Origin: Octopus vulgaris
Taxonomy: Eukaryota
Assembly: GCA_951406725.2 (NCBI GenBank)
Contig: OX597821.1
Coordinates: 93,434,001-93,498,000, forward strand
DNA length: 64,000 bases
Direction: 5' to 3'
Shown: piece after piece, positions 40,396 through 52,254 of the stretch
Position numbering within the stretch: the stretch's first letter is position 1
Layout of the letters: the number at the start of each line of letters is the position of its first letter
Made by a program: the position numbers and the translations under genes
Notes under the pieces: generated by a model
What the model was told of the DNA's origin: nothing
What the model saw: the letters and a program-made list of their open reading frames with translations, nothing else
Databases searched by the model: none

Positions 40396-40767
40396 GGAGG
40401 CGCAATGGCTCAGTGGTTAGGGCAGCAGACTCGCGGTCGTAGGATCGCGGTTTCGATTCCCAGACCGGGCGTTGTGAGTGTTTATTGAGCGAAAACACCT
40501 AAAGCTCCACGAGGCTCCGGCAGGGATGGTGGTGATCCCTGCTGTACTCTTTCACCACAACTTTCTCTCACTCTTACTTCCTGTTTCTGTTGTACCTGTA
40601 TTTCAAAGGGCTGGCCTTGTCACTCTCTGTGTCACGCTGAATATCCCCGAGAACTACGTTAAGGGTACACGTGTCTGTGGAGTGCTCAGCCACTTACACG
40701 TTAATTTCACGAGCAGGTTGATCGGATCAACCGGAACCCTCATCGTCGTAACCGACGGAGTGCTTCC
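40396..40767 (+). mobile_element. SINE family C, full length
   Basis: A box TGGCTCAGTGG, B box GGTTTCGATTCC; 10-bp TSD ACCTTTTAGT at 40386-40395 and 40768-40777. Confidence 0.92.
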
Positions 40768-41775
40768 ACCTTTTAGTTAGCATAATAATGAACTGATTGA
40801 GTATCCACAACTTTAAGCAACAAGATGGGGTTTTGCATACTACAGCAACTTCAAATTTATGGCTATTGGCTGCATTACCACACGATAGCACAGGTAATCT
40901 GTCCATGGCATCCTTAACTTCTGATGTCGATCGCTCATCCGCTGCAGCAAATATTTCCCTGAAGCAATAATAACAACTGTGTTTCATCAAAGTTATACAT
41001 TTGTTCAGCAATTCAGATTTTATCAGCGAAAATCATTGCAAACTCGTCCATGAATTTCTCGGATGCTTTGTAATTAACAGATATCACTATAAATCTTTAA
41101 TTATTAAATGCCATCCCTTAAAAAAAAAACTTTTGAAATTAACCTTGTAAATATCCACAACTACTTTCAATATTCCGTTCGCTGTCGTAGATTTTTTCTT
41201 TGCATCATGATCCTCAAGAAACACATTTTAACTCCAATATTAACGAAACCACTCTGTCAACACACGATTAAAATTTCCATTTTACTATGCAATGCTTTTT
41301 TTTTTCTATTTTTATCCACTTCTATTTATTAATGTCATCTTAGAACTTCAGCATTTTCTTTTTCTGTTTCTTAAGGCTACGTATAATTCTTGTGCCAATG
41401 CCAGCCACCTCACTTTAGACTAACACTGCTGTCGAGTTTTTTTTCCGATAACTTGATGTTTTGTGTTATTAATACACACAAATGCTTCATATTTTTCTTT
41501 TAACTATTCCCCATTTGTATATTTGCAGGTCTTTTAAGCATTTTCAAAACAAGGAAGAGCATAAAACAAACATGTAGTATGTTATGCACGCACGACGGTG
41601 TTGCTATGACAGCGGCCGCCAGTAAACGAGCATCAACTTAACTTCTTCAATCCAATAATTACATACTATTACTTGTAGCTTTCCGTGCGCTTCGAGATCC
41701 ACTTTTCCAAAGAGGAAAAATTACGTTCTTGTGACGTTAACAATATATATGTTTGTGTGTGTGAAAAATTATCCT

Positions 41776-42870
41776 CATCATAAGCATCATCTTCATTTTA
41801 CGACCATTTTTCTTATACTAGTATTGATTGGATGTCGCAAGCGTTTCGATACTTGTTTCGACCCTTTGTCACCTTTTGATTTCAGGTTTCACCAAAAATC
41901 TCCAAATCTTCTTCGTTCTCCACAGATTCTTTCCACTTGGAACGCTTAGCAACTATTTACCTACCGTCACCCTCTCTACGCATCATATGGTTGTAAAAAT
42001 GCAGTTTCTTTCTTTTGCACGTATCTAGGTCCTCTTATACCCAGCTTTTCCATCTCAACTCATTTTGCTCCGATTTTCATGCTCACAAACATTACACGTT
42101 AAAGCGGAGCATATTTGTTTCATTTTTTCTCCCATCTTGTGAATGCTCTCCGCATTCAGTTCCCATATTTTGCTATTATGCAGCAAATCATTCAACATTC
42201 CACCCTTCACTCGGTGAGAAAAGATTTTTGTTCCCAGCAAAGATAATAATTCCCTGAACATTTTTTCTACCTTGTTCTTAACCTGCCTACTATTCACACG
42301 GGGTTCCTTCCATTTCTTAGCAGGTCATTTAGGCAACAGAAGCCGAGAGCTACTTTTCAGAAACTTCCAAGCATTTCAAAGAATTTATTTTACTGGTAAA
42401 ATTAACGCTAATTACATCTGTATGTCTACTATATGCATACGAAATCTTTTCTTCTACTTCTGCCTGCGATCGCATTGCATCTTTTCTGCATCCATAGTTT
42501 ATGCAGCGATGTACAGTACAGACTTCCAACCCACTCGTTTTTTTGCATTATGAGCATGATAACCTCACCGATGGAAGTACATACTTGTCTTCTTTACAGA
42601 TATCTAAAACTTTAGAATTTTCCGTCTTTACTTCGAAACTTCTCGATTGTAGGCTTTGCCTCCTGGTTCAGAATTTCTCCTCTCGATTAACAGGAGTTCC
42701 CACAGACAGCCGATCTTAAACTATTCTATCTTGTCTGGAAAACTTATTAAACGAAAGGTACCTGCGATTTCAGCCTTGGTGTACACTCACAAGTATGCTA
42801 AACTCCTTGCTGATCTTGTTGTTCACCTTGTTTATGGCTTGCACGATCTCGTGTACATTTAGTTTTCTTA
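41776..42870 (-). mobile_element. Highly degenerate RTE-like LINE 3' part
   Basis: (GAT)-like tail, FYNHMMRR and TKGRNKYR remnants; 3' end resembles the family E tail. Confidence 0.45.
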
Positions 42871-43149
42871 ACGAACACCAGATTGCGCTACATATCAAAT
42901 TCTTGTATCCAGGCTAAGGCCTTCTAAAGGTCAATGTCATATAAAATTCTTGTACCCAGGCTAAGGCCTTCTAAAGGTACTATACTAGGTATAGTGCCAA
43001 ACTATAAGTCATGTTTACAATAATTACAAAAATTCACATAAGTTCAAATTTCAGGTGTCTGTAATGATTAAATATGTCCGTTCACCGATGTTATACAAGT
43101 GATGCAGTATAAAAATATTGGTAATACAAGATTATAACCTGTTCAAATA

Positions 43150-43800
43150 TTCTTCTTCTTTTTAGGTCTATTGGTGCCTTTGAGCGGCACATCGGGCAAT
43201 CTGTGATTACCAATTGTCTCCGTCTCTGGCCAACCGGTGTACTTCTTCCCAAGTGATGTTCAATCTGCGTTGGTCTTCTCTCTCAGCTTGTCTACAAGAT
43301 ACATTCATCCATTACAAGAAGCGACCGGCGCACTGTAATTAAGGCCATCAGGTGGTGTCCAAATATACTTGGAGCATATTCGAACCCGTAAGAAAACCAT
43401 TAACTCTGTTTTGTCATGGAGAAAATTTCTCGCTGTAGGCAAGTAGTGTAAATAAAAAAAAAATCAGCTCGCAGCTCCACCTACTCAATCGGGTTCGAAT
43501 ATGCCCCAAACATATTTGAACTGGTAATAACCTTGTATTTATACACATCACTGCTTGGCGCTGCCACCCTGTAAAACTGTCTTTGGTTGTCTGCTAACAG
43601 CTGAATATCGTAGTTCAGTAACACTATACCAGGAACACGCCTCAGAATTATCTCTGGTTGTCACCTTATATGGCAGTTTCGTAAATGTTATAAAGAGAAT
43701 GCACCATAGAATTGTTCGTGGTTGTCACCTAAAAATGTCATGATCGTGTGCAAATATGCAAACACTCCTGTGCCACAAGAACGTTACTATATCAATATCA
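43150..43800 (-). mobile_element. Degenerate RTE-like LINE 3' fragments
   Basis: WTPPDG, ITWEEVHRLARD and RQPKTVL remnants; (GAA)n tail. Confidence 0.45.
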
Positions 43801-44147
43801 CAGACCAATTAGACAGATACGGTGAGCGGCTACTGACGTGATACGTTTCCATATTAATAACAGGATGCTATAGGCATAACATTACTCCAGCTACGAAAGA
43901 CAAACCACATTCATAATATATATATATATATAATAAAATATTAGGGAATAAATCCAAACTTACAGGGAAAAATCAGATTTAGGATTGAATCCAATTTTAT
44001 AGTAAAATATTATATTATATTAACTTAGAGATAAAACCACTATTAGGCAAATCATACAATGAAAAACTTAAGCCAATACATAAGATTAATTAATTTATAT
44101 TATTTTAAATATATATCAAAATTATTAAAAAAAGATAATTAGTATAA

Positions 44148-44210
44148 CACTACGATCGTTTCATGGCTGTCCAATTCGTAAAAATTCGAGTTACAGTCAT
44201 TCTTCAGGTG
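44148..44210 (-). ncRNA. Type I hammerhead ribozyme motif, mirror copy
   Basis: Exact reverse complement of 44276-44338. Confidence 0.75.
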
Positions 44211-44275
44211 ATTGAAATATTTAACTTAGCGAGGTTTAATCAATGATTAAACCTCGCTAAGTTAAATATTTCAAT

Positions 44276-44338
44276 CACCTGAAGAATGACTGTAACTCGA
44301 ATTTTTACGAATTGGACAGCCATGAAACGATCGTAGTG
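44276..44338 (+). ncRNA. Type I hammerhead ribozyme motif
   Basis: CAC-CTGAAGA-[stem II ATGACTGT..ACAGCCAT]-GAAA-CGATCG-TA-GTG: complete core, palindromic stem III, GUA cleavage triplet. Confidence 0.75.
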
Positions 44339-44466
44339 TTATACTAATTATCTTTTTTTTAATAATTTTGATATATATTTAAAATAATATAAATTAATTA
44401 ATCTTATGTATTGGCTTAAGTTTTTCATTGTATGATTTGCCTAATAGTGGTTTTATCTCTAATTTA

Positions 44467-44507
<41 letters not shown>

Positions 44508-44510
<3 letters not shown>

Positions 44511-44710
44511 AGGGGGGGTCACAAAAAACCCCAAAAAGACAAAGAGAGGTGGTGTACACAACAAATAGATATATTAGTATAACGCTCAGGAAGTGAAAAA
44601 GTCTTTAACGTTTCGAGCCTACGCTCTTCCACAGAAAGAAATAAGGAGAGAAAATAAAGAATATGTAGTGGCTATCTATCTATCATGGCGAACACCGGAC
44701 AGAAAGTCAC
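44508..44710 (-). mobile_element. Short (TA)n-flanked element with variant hammerhead motif
   Basis: Minus strand tcttt-CTGTGGA-a-GAGC-gtag-GCTC-GAAA-CGTTA-aaga near 44602-44639, followed by TTCCTGAGCGT as at 19966. Confidence 0.6.
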
Positions 44711-47443
44711 TATATATATATATCTTCCAATGGAGTTCACTTTGAAATTCTGCACCACCTACATGGGGATATCACTTTACTCAATTAGTCGTTGTGAGAA
44801 TTAGCATCATTTAGTAGTAATAACAGTACGGAAGAGAATGGAGACTGAATATTATTAACAGTAATTGGAGCAGTTTATTGTGTGGACCTGTTCGAAATAT
44901 TACCACGAGGTATCGCATGATCAAGCGACGACTCCATATTAATATGAGAAGCTGGTGAAGTCGGCCCGTTAATAACAGTATTATGATTAACAGATATGCT
45001 TGAGCAGCGATATTTAGTAGTTATCCGTTCTATTGACGCTGATCTTTTCATCTTTACTTTTAATCCGAGCTAAGTTTCTGCCAGCATGAATCGGATAACG
45101 TGCATATGCGAGAAATTTCATTATATTGTTCTTGTAATGAACGATGAAAAGAATTTAAATATCTATCAATGGATTTGATGATTAATGATAATTTGGTTAA
45201 CATCGAAGACGGAATGAGAGAGCGCGATACACCAGAATTCCCTTGCATTTGAACTGAGTATCCGTCCAATTTACAATTAACCCACTGAAAATTATCATTT
45301 GTTGAACAATTAATATTAAGTGTTATTTCCTATTCGCCAGACTAAAGAATCATACACTAAATGTTAACATTATGAACGTGGGAGAATACAGTGTTATTTG
45401 ACCAGCAGAATTTACTAAAGTAACCCAATTTAGCATAGTTATTGAATTTCAAACTCACAAATACATTTTTAAACCTAGCTACAGTCAGTCATTTGTTGCG
45501 TATGAAATATCCTCTTAGCAAGAATCCTGGCATGTAGCATAAAATATTTTTGTATTAGAACTTGTCTCCGAGACGGCAAACAGGCAAAATTGTTTACTCA
45601 CCGGACACAGGATTGAGTGGTATTTCTTTCGGCTCTTTATCTTTTAAGTTATAATCGCGAAGAAGTCAACTTTGTCTTTCGTCTTTTAAGTATCGGTTGA
45701 GCACTGAGATTGATGTATATAGTGTTCGGGTTAAATTTGGTGATATTTTAGGTTTACTTTTTCCGAGAGCAGCTTTCTTTCTGTTAATTTTTTTTCTCCG
45801 TCAAAGGCTTGTTGACACCCACTAAGCTAACGATTTTATCTCAAGGTATCAAAACTGCCAGAAACCATAGCGAGATAGCTGATGAAGGTTAACTTTTCAT
45901 TTGTTCTGTCTTGTAGATACTTATACTGTTTGCATCCATTTCTTTCACTGATAATAGCTGGTGCACTCAATCCAATTTTCTCTTGACACACTGCAGTTCC
46001 CTGTCTTTCTCTCCTTTTATCTTCTCATCAATCTTTTTTCTCTGTCCTTCTCTTTCCTTCTTTATTATGTCACTTCTGACAGTCCGTCCACTCTGCATTG
46101 TTCTGTTCCCAGCTTGTCGCTTTCTGCTTCCACTGCACTCTAAAACTTTTCTTTTACCTTACAGCTCATCAAGCGAGCAGATGTATCCTTCGACTATGTT
46201 ATTTGCTTAAGGACAATCCTAATAGCTAATCACGTTTGGGGGAGGCAGAGTTTTTTCAGTACTCTACTTGTTGCATTTTGGTATTATATTGTTTCGTCTC
46301 GCTTTATTTTCATCGTAATTGGCTTATGTTGTATTTTGTTTCATAACATGTAGGTATATTTTTCTTTTACTTTCTTTTTATGCTAGTCAATTGACTTAAC
46401 CATACTTTTTTTTCCCCCGTAGTGTATAATGCATACTGAAACCGCAATACAGATTCGCTGCCCACAAACCTAACTGTTTAATGACACAACTGCAAATTTA
46501 CGAGATTGACTTCTTTGCTCACAATTCTAAATTAATGAGACAGAAACACCATATGAAACGAGTTCAATTACTAAACTGAAATTTGAAAACAAAAATCTTG
46601 AACTCACCCACTACTACTACTACTGCTATTACTACTACTACTAGTACTACTACTACTACTACTACAACTAATACTAATACTATTACTACTACTACTACTT
46701 CTACCTGAAATATTTAATCGTCACTCATGATTATAGGTTACATCTCTGAAGCTTTACTCTAATGATAACCACTCAGAACAAGCCATCCCTCCAAGTAGCA
46801 ATCAATGTGTTAGAAAGCATCCATTGAAAATTTTAGTTTAACAAATAAAAAAAAAAATCAGAATTAAGTGACTTCACCAACTTCTGCCAAAAGGCTTCTA
46901 AGTTTGAATTGATGCATTCAAAAATTCTTTGAAATTCTCAGCTGGTTTTTGTCTATATTTCTATTTCCCTGACGACCACCTATTGGTAGTAAATTGTTGT
47001 TGATGTTACTATGACTGTTTTTGATTGATTCCGCCTTTTTAATAATTGTACGTTTACTTGATTTTTTTTGTGTGTGTTTTTACAATACTTACACACCAGA
47101 GGATAACTTACGGGTAATTTCCTTCAATTAGACTGAAACATTTATACGATCATTCAAAAATATTTTTGATACAGGAGTGGTATACATTTTATACATACAT
47201 ACATACATACACATACACATACATATATACATATGTATAAATATATATGTAAAATAGTTTTTTAATAGTTTGTATATATGTGTACATATGTATGTCTGTA
47301 TGTATGTATATGTATACATATATGGATATTTATATATGTATATATACATATATAGATGCATATTTATATACATATATATATCTATATGCATATATATATG
47401 CATATATATATGTATATATATATGCATATATATATGTATATGC

Positions 47444-47477
<34 letters not shown>

Positions 47478-47732
47478 TCATATATATATATACATATATA
47501 CATAATGTATACATACATACATATACATATGTATATATGTATGCTTAATAATTCTCCTATAGTATATATAAATATTGCGTTCAAAAATAGATACCCCTCG
47601 ACTTTTTCTATCCAAAAGTTTTCAACCCAAAATTTATGTGCTTCGAGATCAAGTTCCAAAAAAAAAATTTGACATTCTCTCGAAAGATTTTAAGTGCTTA
47701 TGACGTCAACTATAAATACATGTAGATATATA

Positions 47733-48775
47733 CAATGGTTGGACAAAATAATGGAAACACCTTAAAATTTAAAACAAATTTATTTTGATATGGGGTAGGA
47801 CCACCTTTGGCAGTAATTACAGTTGGAATTCTATGAGATTTGGACTGGTACAAAGTTTGAATTGTTTCCGAAGGAATTTTTGTCCATTCTTCAGCTAAAA
47901 CAGTCTCCAGTTCTTGTAGTGATGATGGTGGAGAATATTGACTCCTTACTTGTTTTTCTAAAATGCACCACAAATGTTCAATGATATTGAGATCTGGGGA
48001 CTGTGGTGACCAGATAAAATGTTCAACTTCACTAGAATGTTCCTCATGCCATTCAGTAACAACTTTAGCTGTGCGAATTGGTGCATTATCATCTTGAAAC
48101 ATAGTGTTTCCGTTTGGAAACACTTCCGCTACCATATGATAAATTTGATCAGATAAAATACTTAAATAAACTTGACCATTAATTCTGCCATGAAGAGAAG
48201 CCATTGGGCCGGCAGATTTCCAAGATATAGCCCCCCACCCACCCACCAGATCCTCCTCCATGTTTAACAGTTGGAAGAAGATAGTCAGGGTCAAATGCTT
48301 CTTTTGGCTGTCTCCACACGTATACTCGATCGATGGTCGGAAATAAAGCAAAGGATGATTCGTCCGAGAAAATAACATTCTTCCACTGCTCCAGGAAATA
48401 TTCTGTAGGTTTTTACTCCAATCTAAACGCTTTGCAACGTTTGTTTTTGAAAGTAGTGGTTTTCTGATTGCAGTTCTCCCGCGAAATCCGGTTTTGTGCT
48501 GTTCCTAGCAAACAGTTTTTGTGGTAACTGGGTTCTCGAAGTGGTCATTAAGCTCTTCAGTAATTTTGGGAGCTGTACTTTTGTGATCCTTCCTAACAAT
48601 TCGTGTGAGAGTCCGACGGACCCTATCTGAAAGTTTTGGTTTTCTTCCGGAGTTTTGTTTCGATGAGGTTTTTCCCTCTTTCTCAAAGGCTGCCACTACT
48701 TTCGAGATAGTACTTCTTGATACTCCAAGCATTTCAGATGTTTTCGTTACGCTAGCGCCTGCCATACGAGTACCA
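47733..48775 (-). mobile_element. Tc1 (DD34E) transposon lacking its 5' end
   Basis: HTH MAGASVTKTSEMLGVSRST, SGRKPKL, FQDDNAP, WSPQSPDLNIIEHLW. One TIR, CAATGGTTGGACAAAATAATGGAAACACC, after TA at 47731-47732. Confidence 0.92.
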
Positions 48776-48788
48776 GTCTTGGTGTAAA

Positions 48789-48827
48789 AGTTACGGGGAT
48801 GTAAACACATCATCATCGGTTGTCAAG

Positions 48828-48870
<43 letters not shown>

Positions 48871-49032
48871 TACAACGAGCTTCTTTCAGTTTCCGTCTAC
48901 CGAATCCACTCAAAAGGCTTTGGTCGGCCCGAGACTATAGTAGAAGACACTTGCCCAAGGTGCCACGCAGTGGGACTGAGCCCGGAACCATGTGGTTCGT
49001 AAGCAAGCTACTTACCACACAGCCACTCCTAC
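48789..49032 (-). mobile_element. SINE family A 5' part
   Basis: Matches the 5' two-thirds of family A. Confidence 0.88.
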
Positions 49033-49338
49033 ACTGGTTATGTATATACATGCAAGTTTATAAATCTATTCCAGCAGTATTTATTGCGTTATAATTAATA
49101 TAATGGAGTTTAACGATTGTGTTAATATCTAATTTATTTATATATGTATATTAATCTTTATATATATGTATATTAAGATTTGACGCATTTTCAACCTTTA
49201 TTCAGAACCATTCTTTTATGCGCACGCGCGTGAAAAATTAAATATTTGACACAATCGTTAAACTCCATTACATTAATTATAATGCAATAAATATTGCTGG
49301 AATGAATTTATAAACTTGCATGTATATACAAAACCGGT
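49033..49338. mobile_element. Foldback/MITE-like element with ~105-bp imperfect TIRs
   Basis: ACTGGTTATGTATATACATGCAAGTTTATAAAT.. is mirrored by ..ATTTATAAACTTGCATGTATATACAAAACCGGT. Confidence 0.75.
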
Positions 49339-50125
49339 TAAAATGATTGTTGAGAGCAACATATTCAGAACAGTAAAAACCAGAAAATCATAAATTTTAC
49401 GTAGATGTCAAATTTACGTACTCAGCGTTTTACTATACTTATGCATGCATGTGCATGCATGTGTGTGTGTGTGTGTGTGTGACTTCCAAGGAGCCTAATG
49501 ATTTACATAGACAGCGCTAAAAACTGGAAATATCTGAATCTTAGAAGCATGAATAGCTACCCGAAAAAGGTATGATGCATACCATCTGCTCTCGCCAAAA
49601 GGTCATATACAGATCTTTGTGAACTCTAGCAACAAAACAACAGGCTTTTTTTTAATATCACACACACACACACAAAACATAGAACAGCAGCCGACTTGGT
49701 TATGGCATATAGAGAATCAAAGCCTGGCTCAGCAACACAAAAGACCACTATAATTGACAAACCCACGGTGACCACGGCTAATACCTATTTAAATGTCGTA
49801 CTAACAATATTGCTGAATGTTAGACGCCTGTTACAAATCATTTGGTAGACTAAAATCTCAAGGAGATCTTGCTACATACAATAATGCAATACGTATGGCA
49901 GCCACGAAAGCCATCTATCAGCAAATATAACAGACTTTGTGATTTATTGTATATTCTGTACTCTAGGAGAGAGAAAATATTGAAGTTAGCATGAAGATGT
50001 CACAGTCTTAATCACGTTGACACAGCATGAATTGTCGACTCCTCTGTTGATCTATTTAGGCGAGGTTGTCTCTCATCCATGCATTCTCCCCATTCAGTAA
50101 AATCATGTATATCACTTCCATGCTT

Positions 50126-50350
50126 AAGGCCGTCTGCTGGCAGAATTGTTAGCACACAGGGCAAAATACTTAACATCATTTCCTCCGTCTTTACATACTG
50201 AGTTCAAATTCTGCCAAGGTCCATTTTATCTTTTTTTTTTTCCTTTTGGGGGTCGATAAAATAAAAGTATCAGTTGTGCACTGGAGTCGATGGCATCGAC
50301 TTTCCCACTTCCCTCGGAATTACTGACCTTGTGCCAAAATTTCAAACCAC
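50126..50350 (+). mobile_element. SINE family B, older copy, CCTTGTGCCAAAATTTCAAACC tail
   Basis: Head, B box and tail present; imperfect flanking duplication CACTTC(C/T)ATGC. Confidence 0.75.
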
Positions 50351-50459
50351 TAACACTTCTATGCGTCTTTCCATTCAAAGTCTGTGGGGACAAGTGTGCT
50401 ATCTTTCCATAAACGTGCCTCCCATAATACTTTGATTCTTTCCATTATACTGCTTTGGT

Positions 50460-50893
50460 GAAGGCGGCGAACTGGCAGAAACGTTAGCACGCCGGTCGAA
50501 ATGCGTAGCCGTATTTCGTCTGCCGTAACGTTCTGAGTTCAAATTCCACCGAGGTCGACTTTGCCTTTCATCCTTTCGGGGTCGATTAAATAAGTACCTA
50601 TTTCTTTATTACCCACAAGGGGCTAAACACAGAGGTGACAAACAAGGACAGACATGGGTATTAAGTCGATTACATCGACCCCAGTGCGTAACTGGAACTT
50701 AATTTATCGATACCGAAAGAATGAAAGGCAAAGTCGACCTCGGCGGAATTTGAACTCAGAACGTAACGGCAGACGAAATACCGCTGAGCATTTCGTCCGC
50801 CGTGCTAACGAATCTGCCAGCTTGCCGATCCGTTTGTCTGTCCTTGTTTGTCCTCTCTGTGTGTAGCCCCTTGTGGGTAGTAAAATAAATATA
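50460..50893 (+). mobile_element. SINE family B with a nested inverted family B copy (about 50599-50827)
   Basis: Outer 16-bp TSD ATTATACTGCTTTGGT at 50444-50459 and 50894-50909. Confidence 0.9.
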
Positions 50894-51294
50894 ATTATAC
50901 TGCTTTGGTATTTGACTTTTACAAACGCGCACGCACACATACACACATACACACACGCGCTCATGCACGCATATGTACACATGTGAATCCAGTTAAATGA
51001 CCGTGATGTCATGACATCAAATTGTTTTTCTTTTTGCTTCGATAAGGTTTAACTCGTCACCAGTGTCTGCCTCAGTTAATATTTCTATCACTCATAACTT
51101 GCAGTTGAATGCTTGATGTCAGAGAGAAGATCAAGCAATGAAATCATCTGTTTAAATAATTCATGCTTAAACTTGCACAAGATTCCAAACTGCTGCTGCA
51201 ATTTAAAAAAAAAGTGGACTTCAGTATTGCTGAGAATGATAGAAGATAGCGTGCGTATGAGTGAGTGAATAATAATAATGCTAATGATTTCTTT

Positions 51295-51793
51295 GAAATG
51301 TTATCGTATACATGTTTTGTTTTGATATACAAGATGGGCTACAGCAAATATTCTGCTCAATACCACACATTTGCTTCTCGGTTGTTTGAACTTAACCAGT
51401 TGAGCATGTCCCTTAGTGGCTGATGAGATGTGCATCTCTAATCTCGAGCAGAAATAACGGGAGTACATCATAACCATGTGTTGAGCGAAATTCTTTGGGT
51501 TTTGAAAAATTCGCCTCTGGAAACATGGGTGCTTCGTTCATCATCCTTAAATAATTCTTATTCAGGGACCGTTTGAATGGGATGGGCTATTCGACCTGAA
51601 GAAAATCCTGAGTCCCACTTGCACGGTCATGCACTGTTTATCTTGGTATAAGATCACCATGTCACCCACATGTGGTTGTGATGCATGTGCCTGGTGCACC
51701 CTTATCAGACGGGTAGTTATGATGGGTATATTGGGCTTCGAATATTTGTACCCCCAGTGTGTCACTTTGATGGCATGCACTGCTCTCTCACTC
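51295..51793 (+). mobile_element. Family F copy, 5'-truncated
   Basis: Aligns with 55467-55967 and ends CTCTCTCACTC(AAT)n. Confidence 0.88.
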
Positions 51794-51851
51794 AATAATA
51801 ATAATAATAACAACAACAACAACAACAATAATAATAATAATAATAATAATA

Positions 51852-52216
51852 ATATGTGGGCGACATGGTGAGCATGAGGGAGCATCATAGCCATGTTGTT
51901 GAGAGGGATTCTTTGGGGTTTGAATAATTCACCTCTGGAAACACTGGTGTTTCGTTCAGCATCTTTAAACAATCTTTATTCAGGGACCTTTTGAGCGGGA
52001 TAAGTTACTCAACCTGAAGAAAATTCTAACTGAGCCCCACCTGCAAGGTCATGTGCTGTTTATCTTGATATGAGATCACCGTGTCGTGCACATAAGGTTG
52101 TGATGCGATGCATGTGCCTGGTGCACCCTTATCAGACAGGTAGTCATGACAGATGTACTGGGCTTCGTATATTTTACCTAAGTGTCACTTTGATGGCATG
52201 CACTGCTCTCTCACTC
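51852..52216 (+). mobile_element. Family F copy, 5'-truncated with a 20-bp inverted piece at the junction
   Basis: ATATGTGGGCGACATGGTGA at 51852-51871 is a near-exact reverse complement of internal TCACCATGTCGCGCACATAT. Confidence 0.88.

Positions 52217-52254
<38 letters not shown>

Larger units (their letters stand above)
39660..41541 (-). pseudogene. Tigger/pogo (Jerky-like) transposase pseudogene interrupted by two SINEs
   Basis: MLKRPANIQMGNS..KHLC, LKKQK..LKF, EQMYNFDET, KDAMDRLPVLSCGNAANSHK, VHYYAN, FSDWFHKH, GLEKCMYITE. Confidence 0.8.
43931..44478. mobile_element. Asymmetric palindromic insertion in (TA)n, Penelope inverted-pLTR-like
   Basis: Arms of about 227 bp centred on 44243; left arm has about 85 extra bp; (TA)n on both sides. 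Confidence 0.85.

Noticed and set aside
40396-40470. tRNA gene
   Set aside because: It is the head of a TSD-flanked SINE. The same applies to the other tRNA-like heads.
41600-41613. RFX X-box-like GTTGCTATGACAGC
   Set aside because: Lies just upstream of the Tigger ORF, probably within the element; no gene is evident.
42897-42978. ~35-bp direct duplication
   Set aside because: Ordinary local tandem duplication with no further structure.
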